64,000 nucleotides of DNA from Callorhinchus milii (taxonomy: Eukaryota): assembly GCF_018977255.1 (NCBI RefSeq), contig NW_024704742.1:105402001-105466000 (forward strand). The letters run 5' to 3'. The notes under the pieces are model-generated. The model worked only from the letters and a program-made list of their open reading frames with translations, was not told where the DNA came from and ran no database searches. Within the stretch, counting starts at the first letter, position 1. Every line of letters begins with the position of its first letter. The position numbers and the translations under genes were made by a program. Shown one piece after another: positions 1 to 12,162 of the stretch.

Positions 1-461
1 CAGTGTCTGTGTAGCTTACGGCACACATTGCACAAAGCACTCCAGATTGATGATTTTATTTTTAATTCATGCAAATGAATGCTTTCGGAAATTTCTCTAC
101 ATCTTGTGACCTGTTAATTGAACTATTTTATATTTCTATGTCAGAGTGATACGTTTCACCTGGGAACATTTTTATTGGCAATTGTGTTCCGTGTGAGTGG
201 GAGAGCACTACAGGAAGAATCAGCCATCACCTCCATTCTGAGGAAAAAGGCCAATGTCACAAGCTGTGGTTTGTACCCCCACATGATTCAGCGTGTTTAG
301 CAAATCCTTGAAATATTAATTTTTGAGCGATGTATTTTACTATTCCACTGCAGGTTTCATTACGACTTTATTATGATCCATTTCAGATGCAGATAAATAT
401 GCAAATATTTATGTTTTCATAATTGCTTTGCAAGAGTACACAGCAATATTCTTCCTAGATA

Positions 462-631
462 AAATTGGTCATTCATTTCATGGCTGTCTGTGGGACATTG
501 GTGTGTGCAAATTGGCTGTCACACTCACCTGCAAAATACAGCCACTACACTGCAATGAAACCCCATGAAGCATTTTAAGATGTTTCAAGGACGCGATAGG
601 CGCTATATCAAATGCAAGGATTATTATTATA
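462..631 (+). mobile_element. Deu-SINE 3' half
   Basis: GTGGGACATTGGTGTGTGCAAATTGGCTG and GCGCTATATCAAATGCAAGGATTATTATT tail. Confidence 0.8.
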
Positions 632-1651
632 GTTCAGAAAATGTAAATTTATAGATTTTGAAATGAATGCTTGCAATTCTCTCTTTCCAAAAATATGTAT
701 TTCAGTGCAACTTTGTTTTGATTTATATACAAGGCTTTATTTGAAGACTCTTTTACAACTGAAAATATCAGTGAGCAAAAACGAAATAGTGTTTCTTGCT
801 GAACTTGCATTACAGGTGTTCCTGGATGCCAGGTATTAGGGTGAATTAATTAACCACGGAATGAAATTGCCCTATTGAAGTGATCAATGCCACTTTTGGT
901 GTCCTCTACACTGCTTGTCTTTCCTCCAGGTTAGCTTGTGTGGGAAAACAAGACTGTCAGAGAAAAGTAATAAAATTCAGAGGCATTTAACAATGGGACA
1001 GATAAATTGGGAAATGTACAGTAACGCATTTGGTACTAAAAATGTCAAATACAATTATTGGATAAATAAGACGAGTCTAACAGTGAATTCATTGTCACAG
1101 CGCATGGCAGCCGCTACAAATAAAGCATTGAAATATATAAGTATTTCTGCAGAATAATAGACCAAGGAAATGTTACACTTCATAAAGCATCGGTGAGACT
1201 GCAGATGGAGTACTGTATTATGTTCAACCTCCAAAATCTACTTGAGGGAAATACTGTGGCACCGAGCCACACAGATCAGGAAGGTGCCAAGCTGAATCCC
1301 TAGACAATGCTGACCAGCAATGGATAACCTAGAATTTCTTTCACTGCGCTAGGGAAGTTTATGTGCCTGATTTCTATTTAGTGACAGCTTTTCCCCTGCT
1401 CCCCACGTTTTTTTTATTTTGGAAGCATTGATTGCTCATCCCTTGTTGCCCTGATTTGATCTCAAAAGAGATTGCGATGAAGCCCTTTAGCCTTTTTGGC
1501 ACAAACCTTTCATAACACTTGCTCTACCCCAGCTGCTTTTTTATAACAACTTTTTGTTTATAATTCAGTGGCTTTTAAGGGCCATTTCAGGCAGGAATTT
1601 AAGTCAATCATTAAGTGTGGGCCAGGTTGGGTAAGGATGTCAGGTTTCCTT

Positions 1652-1790
1652 CCCCTTCGTCAGAACGTGGACCCGAAACTTTGACTCACTTTCCTTTCTC
1701 CATAGATGCTGCCTGACCTGCTGAGTGTTCTCAGCGACTTCTGTTTTTGTTTCAGATTTCCAGCATCTGCAGTAGTTTGTATTTTGTTTT
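1652..1790. mobile_element. Penelope-like/foldback repeat arm, nested in an older LINE remnant (about 1420-1840)
   Basis: ATAGATGCTGCCTGACCTGCTGAGT..TTCAGATTTCCAGCATCTGCAGTA; inverted copy at 56181-56285. Confidence 0.6.
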
Positions 1791-3643
1791 TTTAATGAAA
1801 GTCTGGCAGGTTTGTGGCTTTTTTTTTAACTGATCCTAGCTCAAATCTTTGGTTTGTCTGTAATTCTATCCATCATTTGAATAGCTTGAATGTCCAGGCT
1901 CACAGCTGAAGAATGCGAGTAAGTGATTGCTACAATATTCTCTAGGGTCAGAGAGTCACTGCCTTGGCAGCTGCACGATTTGCTATTGCAGACAAGAAAG
2001 GTTGTTCCTGGTCTTTGCTGATTTAAAATAGTATAATAATAATATTAATAATAATAATCCTTGCATTTGATAGAGGTTTTCAAGACGTCTCAATTTCAGG
2101 AGAGGAGAGAATGGAGAAATAGACAAACATAGGTTACTGCACTGATTAAATGATGTAGAGAAAGAGGAAAGCGTTCAGAGCAGAACAATGATGCCCTAAT
2201 TTACTGGATTGATCTGTAAAATAAACTTATTCTATCCCCAACAAATCCAAGGGAGGAAACATATGATTCAAGATTCTTGAAAAAAGAAAGGAGCATAATA
2301 GATGAGATGGATTTAGAGGTTTTTAATCGAAAATCACAAGAGAAAAAACAGTGAAGGTGATTTTAAGCCATGTGGAAGTAACAAACCATTAGCAGAAGGA
2401 ATAACTTTTTTTCTGCTTCGACTTGTGAATTTATGGAATAGATTGCCACCTAGTGCAGTAACTACTGACTCCATTGAAACATTCAGAAAAAAACATTGGA
2501 TGAATTCCTGGTTCAGCAAGGAAGGGGGGGAGGGAGGATTTGGGTTAGGAAAATGATAGAGACCTGCCAACTTCAGTGGCTCTGGAGGGAGATAACTACC
2601 CATTCCTTTTTTGTACATTCTGATTTTCAAAAAAGATTTCAAAAATGTCTTTAATAATAACAATAACAATAATAATAATCCTTGCATTTGATATAGCGCT
2701 TTAGTTTAGCAGTAATAACTGGATACAGCTATAAATGTCTGAATAATGGACAGATGTTTTTGTCCCTGTGGGTAACAGATTTCTCAGAACTTACAATACA
2801 ATACAAATTTACATTCATATAGCGTCTTTCGCGTTGGGAGATCTTGGGACCCTATGCAGGATTGCTTGGTACAGAAAGTGATGCTGAATGTTCACGTGTG
2901 ATTCTGCATAAAAGGAACATTGCACAGACCCGGGAAGCAAAGTTATATTGAAGCTTTGCTTTTGGTGTGCCATGTGCACATAATGACTACTTCCTTCCCA
3001 ATTTATGCTATGATTTGTTTACCTTGCTCAGATCATGTTTAATCGTGCATAATCTTAGATAGTGCTTTGTGCAAACCATAGTGTAGTCCCATGTTAACAA
3101 GCTTCTTTATTAGCACGATTGCAGAAAACAGATCGAGCGTTAAAATAGCTGTTTTCTGGGTCATTCAATTGCCTCTGACTTCACTCCTCCACGCTGTGCA
3201 TGGACAGGATCATAGCAAAGTTCTGATATAGGCCCAATTTAGCATGAGAATGGGGTACTGTGTAATAATGGAGCTTCACTGGATTCAGTCGTGAGCATCA
3301 TTGCAGACAAACCCAATCCAGTCTTTCCTCCTCCTGAATCCGTGGCTTCCCGTATCTGCCTAAGTTGAGATAAGCTAACTCAGCACATATCAAGGATTAT
3401 TCCTGGGGCCTTTCTGAGTTAGGATCACAACAGGTAATTCAACTTTATTTTGTTCTATTCCTGAGCCAAACAGTGAACCTTGATGCCAATATAATAAAAT
3501 GTTAACTTAGCTACCTTCATGAAATGCAAAACAGAGCCTGTGTGAACAAATTCCCAAACTTCTCCAATCATTCATGAGTCCTGTATTATTATCATCAGGT
3601 CAAGACCGATTAGGATTTGCTGTGATTCACTGGCTGAACTCAC

Positions 3644-5045
3644 CATAAGACGTAAGAGCAGGAGTAGGCCATTTGGCCCCTCGAGCCTGCCCCGCCATTA
3701 ATAAGATCATGGCTGATCTTCTAACCTAATTCCATTTATCCGGGAAACAGTCTCATGGCATCTACCCTGTCAAGACCCTTAAGAATCTTATAGAAACCTA
3801 TAGATCACCTCTAATTCTTCTATGTTCTAGAGAATGTAGGCCTAGTTTATTCAATCTATCCTCATAGGTCAACCCCCTCATCCCAGGAAACAGCCTAGTG
3901 AATCTACGCTGCACCCCCTCAAAGGTGAGTATGTCCTTTCTTAAATAAGGAGACCAACACTGCACACAATATTCTAGGTGCAGTCTCACCTAGACCCTAA
4001 ACAACTGCAGCAAGACTTCCCTACTCTTGTATTTGAACCCTTTTGCAACGAATGTCAACATGACATTAGCCTTCCTAATTGCTTGCTGTACCTGCATACT
4101 AACTTTTTGTGACTGGTGTACAAGGACACCCAAATCCCTCTGAGCACTAACACTACCTAGTATCGCCCCCCTCTATAAAATAATCCGCTTTTCTATTTTT
4201 ACTACCTAGGTGAATAACTTCACACTTCCCCACGTTATACTCCATCTGCCACCTTTTTGCCCCTCACCTAGCCTATCTATTTCCCTTTGCATTCTTCGTG
4301 TGTCATCCTCACAGCTTACTCTCCCACCTATCTTCGTATCGTCCGCAAATTTAGATATAATAAGTTCTATTTCCTCATCTAAATCATTGATATAGACTGT
4401 AAATAATTGAGGCCCAAGCACTGATCCTTGTGGCACTCCACTAGTCACATCCTGCCAATCTGTTTTCTTCCTGTTAGCCACTCTCCAATCCATGCTAATA
4501 TATTACCTTTAATTCCATGAGCTCTACTCTTATGCAACAGTCTTTTACGTGGCACCTTGTTGAATGCCTTCTGGAAATCCAAATACACCACATGTACTGG
4601 TTCCCCCCTATCTAACCTGCTAGTTACATCCTCAAAAAAGTCTATCAGATTTGTTAAACATGATTTCCCTTTCATAAAGCCATGTTGACTCTGCCTAATC
4701 ATCTTATGATTTTCTAAGAACCCCACGACAACGTCCCTAATTAAGGACTCTAGAATTTTCCCTACCACCGATGTCAGACTAACTGGTCTACAGTTCCCCA
4801 ATTTTTGTCTCCCACCCTTCTTAAATATCGGCATTACGTTTGCGATCTTCCAATCAGTGGGAACTGTTCCAGAATCCAGGGAATTTTGGAAGATCAAAAG
4901 CAAAGCCTAGGATGCAGGCCATCAGGTCCAGGGGATTTATCGGTTTTTAATTCTGTCAATTTCTCTAGTACTATTGCTTTACTAATGTTCATTTCTTTAA
5001 CTTCCTCACTAACATTAGCCTCCAGGTTCCCCTCTATTTTTGGTA
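3644..5045 (-). mobile_element. 5'-truncated, frameshifted CR1 LINE (RT domain plus 3' end)
   Basis: ORFs 4445-4903, 4206-4493 and 3798-3989 give RPVSLTSVVGK, YLDFQKAF, GVPQGSVLGP, SKFADDTK, LEYCVQCWSP. CR1 3' terminus cataagacgtaagagcaggagtaggcc at 3644. Confidence 0.93.
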
Positions 5046-5894
5046 AGTTCACACGTGAAAAAAGCCTACTTAGACAAATTATTGGAGGGTGTCTGTGGAA
5101 CCAAACTCCAGCACTCAGTGACTTCAGGAGAGAAAGGAAAATTATTGAGAGGGAAGAGGGAATAAATCAATAGAAAACTGTGTTACAAATGCAATGCCTT
5201 TGAATCATGGACTGACTTCTCATTAACGCTTTGCAGTACAGTGCATTGGATGTTACTGTGAAAATATAAGATCAGGATCACAAAAATATGGTGAAATTGT
5301 GATCTAATCCCTTTCATCTCATTGCAACACGTAGATGGTGAATAAAATTGTAAATGTGTTATGTCTCATCTAGCATGTTGTGTACTACAGTTGTAAGTCA
5401 GCCAAAACAAAGAATAAGAACTGTGTGACTTCCATAAAACTACAGCTTAGATGTAGTTAGTTTTATATCAGTTTCTTTATATGTTAACTGATGAAATTCT
5501 GCCAGAGAAAATCACATCGGCCATATCTTACTGTGGTTTCATACGCCCAGAGGCAGATAATACAGGCTGCTGCTTAGTTGTGTAAAGTTATCATTTTACA
5601 AAATCAAGCTCTCGGTTAATATTTATTCCCCTAATAAAAAAAAGCGTCTACGTTTAAATCTAATTTTAATAGAAAACCATAAATATGTGGTGTAATATTG
5701 CTGCGATCAATGGGTTTCCAAAGCGTTGCTTTTGAAGCAGTAACGTTACTGGCACGAATTGATGTTTTCCGCAGGAAACACCATGTACATCATGCTGATG
5801 AGTAAGACCTTGTCTGTGGCCCAATATCTCTTCAAAATACTGCACAGTTACCTAATGTCAAGGATTAAGTTATAATTTGTGGGTAATTGTAGTG

Positions 5895-6165
5895 GCTATT
5901 TGCTTCAGCAATGTACCATGAAGTGAATGACCAATTAAGCTTGCTGCCAAGATGCTTTGAATAGTATCAGGGGATCTTTAATGTTCACCTGAACAAGCAC
6001 GTTGGGTTTTTGTTTAACTTTCATCTAAAAAATGGCATCTCTGACAAAGCAGCACTTCCCCAGTGCAGCACAGAGTGCCAGTTTAGATTATGATTTCAAG
6101 CCCCAATGGGAGACTTGAATCCCACACCTGCTGATCCAGGGGTGAACGTGCTACCAACTGAGCCA
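5895..6165 (-). mobile_element. Older Deu-SINE (SacSINE1/AmnSINE1-like core, tRNA head)
   Basis: Reverse complement has TGGCTCAGTTGGTAGCAC head and TCAGGTGAACATTAAAGATCCC core. Confidence 0.75.
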
Positions 6166-7583
6166 AATTGCAAAGAAAGGTAGAAGAGAATGCTAGTGTT
6201 ATGGATCTCTGAACAGCCTAATGGCATGCCCAGAATTCTGGGAGCAAGGTTACCAGCTCACTGTCTTGAGTTCGGAACAGAGGCATTTCATAAGGAAAGC
6301 TGAGAGGGATGGAAAAGTAGAGCGAGATTGTTTCTGTGCACGGATTTCAATCTGTCAAGGATGCACAATGCCCTTGAAAGAGATCGTACTCTATTTTCAT
6401 TATGAGTGCTGCAAGTACAAAGCTTCCTGATGTAAATCACAAACATTTTCCAATCAAATTTCATCAACTGGGCATGTATCTGATTGGGAACAGATTGGGG
6501 TTTATAAGGTATTTGTGTAGATGGAAATGATTGATACAGATGTGGGACCGAATAGAAGGCAGGAATTTTGAGAATTCAGAGAATATACAGTATCACTAAT
6601 ATTCCTTGCCTTTCATGTTGGGACTTTTCAAAGCGCGCCACAGAAATCCTTATAAAGTGTTGTGATCATTAAAGGGGAATGAATGGGTAGAGTACAGTCG
6701 GAAAGTTCTTTGGTGGTTGGCCAATGGAGTAAGTCTGATGGTGGCCTTTTATCATTGTATGTTCTGTTCAAAACTCTCCCATTCTGGCATACCCATGGAT
6801 ACAATCAGTAAGACATATGTGCACATACTTATTATCTACCAGTCCTTGCTCCCTTGGAAAACCCTATTAACTGGGCTAACTTTCTAATTAAAATTGTTGC
6901 TCGGAATCCATCAGCTGCTAATCAGTTTTCGATTATCCATAGCAGTCCTGCAAATCCGTTTCAAATAATTGCTTCAAGATTTGTCATTATTGCCATTAGG
7001 TTGAGGTTGTTAAAAGTTGTATTTTCTCACAGATTAAAATTTTAATAAATACAAAATTCAATAGTTGATCCTTATTATGGAACAAAAGTCTGGGAAGTAT
7101 TTTCTATTCTAAGTACTTGGGAATGATGTATTTATAAACACATAGTTTACATTTGCGTTTTTCTCCATTACCTGAGATTAACTTAGTCCTATCCTGGGTT
7201 GTTCTAGTCGAAGAAAATCCACTTGGCTCTAGACTTAGACTTCTTTCTTAGCATGTCAGTGAGAGAAAATTATGGTCAATTTGATCTTCATTTTGAAGTC
7301 TGTTTTACAAAGATTTACAAAGTATGTACAGCATGGAAATAGGACATTTGGGCCAACCAATCTCTGCTGGTGTTTATACTCCACAAGGGTCTTCATCCAT
7401 TCCTTACTCCCTCCCATACCCTTTTATTCCCCTCTCCCTCACATGAAGGTCCAGCTTCCTCTTGAATGCATCTGCACTGATTGATTCAACCACCCCTTCA
7501 GGCAGCGAGTTCCACAATCTCAGTACCCTCTGCGTGAAGTAGTTCCTCATAAATTCTCCTTTAGATCCTCTAGTTGCTACCTT

Positions 7584-7700
7584 ATAATAATAATAATCCT
7601 AGCATTTGACATAGCGCCTTATCACGTCTTCGAGATGTCTCAAAGTGCTTCACAGAATATACTGTAAACTGAATTGACTGCATATTTTGTGGGCGAACGT
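7584..7700 (-). mobile_element. SINE 3' fragment nested in a CR1 remnant
   Basis: Reverse tail flanked on both sides by CR1-like sequence (about 7315-7583 and 7701-7830). Confidence 0.75.
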
Positions 7701-8438
7701 TTATCTTATTTGTGTCCCCGGACTACGGACTCCCCAAACCCGAGGAAATGGTCTGTTTTTGCTAAACTTATCGAAGTCCTTTATAATTTTAAACATCTCT
7801 GTTAGCCTGACTAATATTTCACCATTCCACTCCAGAATGTTATTGCAGTAAATATTTTTTGTCCCTGTTTCATGCTTTTTAAACTTGGCATTGAAAGTAA
7901 TATAAATGTGTATAAATCTCACCTTATTGAGATACGCGTCATAATGGGTTTTGGGCATCCAAACTCCCCCTTATTAATACAGTATTGTGATGTTTTGTTG
8001 CTACTGGGTTTTAGTGTTCAAGACCTCAACACACGCTCACTTGAAGCATGCATGCTGCTGATATGCTGTTCAAACACTCCCCTGGAATTGCTCCAAAGTC
8101 AATTTGTTCAGATTAAGTTGCTTTGTATTTAGCCAAGTTTTTATGTAACATTCAGAAACCTTATGTCAAATATGTTCAGCCTCACAAAGAGTAAATGCCA
8201 ACATTGTCAACTGCATAATTAGAATGTGTTGGAATTAAATATACCTTAAATCTTGAGAAAGCAATAACATGTGTAATTACCTTTTATAATACATGTGGGG
8301 CAATATATAACCCAATAACAATTATTTCTCTCCTTGGTGCAGCACTGTATGTGTAAGATATCCTGCAGAGTATAGCTGCAGCTATCCCATCAGTTGGAAG
8401 TTGGGAATGAGTTCTCATTCTTTTTAGAGTTCAGGTAT

Positions 8439-9240
8439 AACAACAACAAAATTACATTTATAGAGCGCCTTTCACATCAGGAGGACGTCCCAAAGTGCTG
8501 AACAGTCAGGTGTTGGGGCCCCAGCATGGGGGAGGGGTGGTGTAGGGGTGAGGGAAGGCAGAGAGGTGGAAGGGCGAGCAAAGGCACGGTCGAAGAGAAG
8601 GGTCTTGAGACCCACCTTGAAGGAGGCAAGGGAGGAAGCGAGGGGAAAGGACCATGGATGGAGTTCCAGAGTGTGGGGGCAGAGAGGCTGAAAGCCCGGC
8701 CACCGATGGTAGGGCGGGTCGGGCGGGAGACATGGAAAGGACCGGAGCCCGCTGAACGGAGGGAGCGGGCAGGCTCATAGGGAGTCAGCAGGTCAGAGAG
8801 ATAGGAGGGGACAAGGCCATGGATGACCTTGAAAGTGAGGACAAGGATCTTGAAATCGATCCTCTAGGGGATGGGGAGCCAGTGGGTTTGGGCAAGGGTG
8901 GGAATGATGGGTTTGCGGAGCCTGGTGCGCGAGAGTACACGAGCTGCAGAATTTTGGATGATCTGCAGCTTGTGAAGGGAAGAGTTGGGAAGGTCGATGA
9001 GGAGAGTTCCTGTAATCGAGCCTTGATGTGACGAATACGTGAGTGAGGGTTTTGGCAGCCTGAGGGGTGCGGCAGTGGCGGAGTCTGGCAATGTTGTGGA
9101 GGTGGTGGTAGGCAGTGCCGATCATGCCGCGGATGTGGGGGAGAAAGGACAGTTCAGGGTCAAACAAGACACCCAGGTTCCTGACTGGCTTAGTGAGGTT
9201 GAGTGTGCAGCTGTGGAGGCTGATACTTCCAGCGCCCGAG
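8439..9240 (-). mobile_element. 5'-truncated L2 LINE
   Basis: (AAC)n tail plus attacatttatagagcgcc. Broken ORF2 C-terminus (FDPELSFLPHI, HLHNIARLR, LQIIQNSAARVL, HWLP). Confidence 0.9.
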
Positions 9241-9614
9241 ACTTTGAGACATCTCGACGACGTGTTAAGGCGCTATACCAAATGCAAGGATTATTATTAC
9301 AAGGTGGGCATGCCTGCTATCATAGGAAAGGAAAGATCAGAGGACAATTGACTTTGCACCGCACACTCTTGTGATAGTGAATCCTGACCATGGAGCAAAC
9401 CGATGCACACAGAGAGGCTATTAATGTGCTGAATAATGAAATTGGAAACCGTGTCAGAACTGTGACCAACCTAGGAGAGACTCAGCATTGCTTGCTGCTG
9501 AGGTGTACTTCCATGGAGAAGAAAATAAATGGTAGGGATGCGAGCAATCTGAATAAAAAAAGCAGGATTTGCTGGAAATGCACAGCAGGTCAGTTGTATC
9601 TGAAAGAGAAGAGA

Positions 9615-9905
9615 TCAGCTTGGCTCAGTTGGTAGCACTCTTCTCTGAGTCAGAAGGCTGTGGGTTCATTCAAACCCCACATTGGGACTTTGAACTTATA
9701 TAGTTTTGCCTGAGGTTCCGGTAGAGTGCTGGGGGGTGCTTCATTGTTGGAGGTACTATATTTTATATGTAATGTTAAACCAAGGTCATGTCTGTTTGTT
9801 CAGGTGAACATTAAAGATCCTATGGCACTATGGCTGCTGGGCTCGCCTGTAAAATACAGTCACTACACTTTAGAGTAAATCCCGTGAAAGTCTTTGAGCA
9901 TGCTG
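9615..9905 (+). mobile_element. Older Deu-SINE with tRNA head
   Basis: TTGGCTCAGTTGGTAGCACTC...GAGTCAGAAGG head; GTTCAGGTGAACATTAAAGATCCTATGGCACTA core. Confidence 0.78.
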
Positions 9906-10819
9906 AAACATTAAGCTACCTGAAACATTTAGCTATCTTTTCCAATCAGGAGCTAATTGATGTGGATTCCCAGTGGTTTGTGCTTTTGTTTCTACTTTTG
10001 TTGAACTGGATTTAAGAACACAACAACTGGTTCTTGCTATATCAGTGAATGGAAGGGCACTGAATCTCGTCTTTAGTCACTATAGGCATGACAACAATAC
10101 CACAGCATCTACAATGCGGGAACACGGCATGTACCAAGCAGCAAATCTGATTTTTTTCCTTATTTGTATGGCTCAGCTGACTCCTGGATCCATTCATTGA
10201 GATCTTGGAAGTGATTGAATCTGAGACTGTTTTTGTATAAAAAAGGGAGTACTTGTGAAATTTGGAAATCTTTGTGGATGCCATGACTCAGTGAGCTTTT
10301 CTGTGTTGATCTGTTTGCTCTGCAGTTCCATTGCAAAGTGCCACATGGAGTGCCCATCCACAAAGCACATCACATCAGCACCTTTGAGCCTCAAGTGTTG
10401 GCACTGATTTAGAATTAGCGCAGAGGTTGCTGAGATGCTGGTTCTGACATTAAACTGATTGGAGAATCTTCTATAACCAAAACAAAGGTACAAAGGTACG
10501 CCAGCAGGACTGGTGGTGTGTCCTTTACACTGCTCACGGCAGCTTTGACAATGTTGTAAAGTGCAGAGATTTAATATAATAGCCATTAAATACATTTCAT
10601 GAAACTTGCAATGCGTTAAGTGATAGTGAATGTGTTTCTCAGCAAAGATCTGTTTCTTCAGAATGCCTGAATGCCTGCTGATTATGTTTTTATATGCTAC
10701 TTCTCTCCATTTGGTTGTGGTGACGTCGCTTATTTGTTCCTTTTGCCTCGTAAATCTGCTTTCTTCACTTCCTCAATGGCCCCAAAGAGTCAAAAGCACT
10801 GCCCACACAGAGCAGTCGA

Positions 10820-11105
10820 TTCAATCCCATGCTGATCTCAGCTGGGGCAGTGGTTAGGGCTGGATGATTGGCTTTAGCACTCCTGGGTGAGGGAGGAGAA
10901 AAATAAGCCAGCCTTCCCATTTCTGATCGCTGTCCAAGATTTCCTGCTGGAAAGTGCACATTTGGACAATGGGTGAGAATTGGGTTTGGCTGTGATGCTC
11001 TCCGTGGTCGACTGACCTCCTGACATTGACTGTCGAGGCTCGCACATGAAGAATGTCAGGGTAACAGAGTGATGCCGGCACCTGTGGGACCGTAGCCCAG
11101 CAAGA
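10820..11105 (+). mobile_element. Ancient interspersed repeat, probably a SINE (family B)
   Basis: CTGATCTCAGCTGGGG..CTGATCGCTGTCCA..CTGCTGGAAAGTG..TTGGCTGTGATGC..GGCTCGCACATGAAGAATG. Related copies near 1260, 3290-3420, 37880-38170, 39960-40270, 43000-43210, 43650-43740, 47080-47150, 47530-47630 and 50130-50300. Confidence 0.65.
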
Positions 11106-11974
11106 GCTGCTCTCCTCAGGAGAAAAAGGAAGAAAATTGGCAACAACCCCCCAAATCCCTGCTTATCTCACTGGTAATTACTATCACATATGCAGAACAA
11201 GCCCAGGCTTTATTGGACTCTCAGCAAACAGAATTCAAATCACAGTTCGCAGTAACCTTGAAGTTAACACTGGACAATGTGTGCCACATTTTATATTAAG
11301 AGTTTTGAGTGAAAGGCAAGGTCAAAGCAAAGTCGTGAAGCGACTGAAGGCTTTGCCGTAACTTGAATGGAAGCTCTGAAATATCTGTGACTGTTAAGGT
11401 ATTAGACGGTGGCTGCATTTTACTTTCTCACGGACTCCGCAGTCACTTTGGACCGTTGCCTTGCATCTGATGCCAAGTTCCGGAGGCTGTGAGTCCCTGT
11501 GTCAAGTTGCTACATCCAAAGCACTTAGCCGTGGTGCGTTTCCTCTGAACAGCTCAACAAAATTTCCCACATGTAGAAATCGCTTGTCGCTGCAACAGTG
11601 ATTGAGTGGGCTGATCATGGGGTGCAAAAAAATAGAAATGGGAATAAAATTTATTGTCGAGAAAGTTGTCAAGAAGCGCAAACGTTAGCAACATTTGTAT
11701 GCTGGCTGTGTTTTGACAGAGCCGGTATGCTGAAAAAGTGGCGTGGATGTTAGTGCAGTCTTTGATCTCATCGTGCACTAGAATCACAGCGTTTCTCTTT
11801 TTTTCTCTCTCTGCACATCAAGAGTTGTTCTAATATTACACACAGATGTTACGCAGTGCAAAGGAAAATTAGAAGAGTGTGTGGCAAAATACACATGTCG
11901 ATTGCATAGTGAGAAAAGTGGAGCCCTGAGCATTGCTGTATATGACCACTATTTAGAATTGTTTTAAAAGTTGT

Positions 11975-12162
11975 TGCGCATCCTAAGTGCAGGTTAGCAA
12001 GAGCTAAGGTTTGGGGTCCCCAGAATGTGCGTTTGGGTACTGCTGGAGTCTAACCAGCTAAAACCGCGTAGCTTGCCATTCATATCGCTGTCTGGCAAGC
12101 TTTCCCACTGCATGTTCAGCTCGGACCACCCTGCTATTTAGGGCATTGGCTTGCAGGGTTAA
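11975..12162 (+). mobile_element. Family C repeat copy (right part)
   Basis: TGCTGGAGTCTAACCAGCTAAAAC identical to the 41405 copy; ends AGGG|TTAA. Confidence 0.6.

Noticed and set aside
29..45. 16/17 match between 29-45 and 31527-31543
   Set aside because: Several such matches are expected by chance in a 64-kb self-comparison, and it does not extend.
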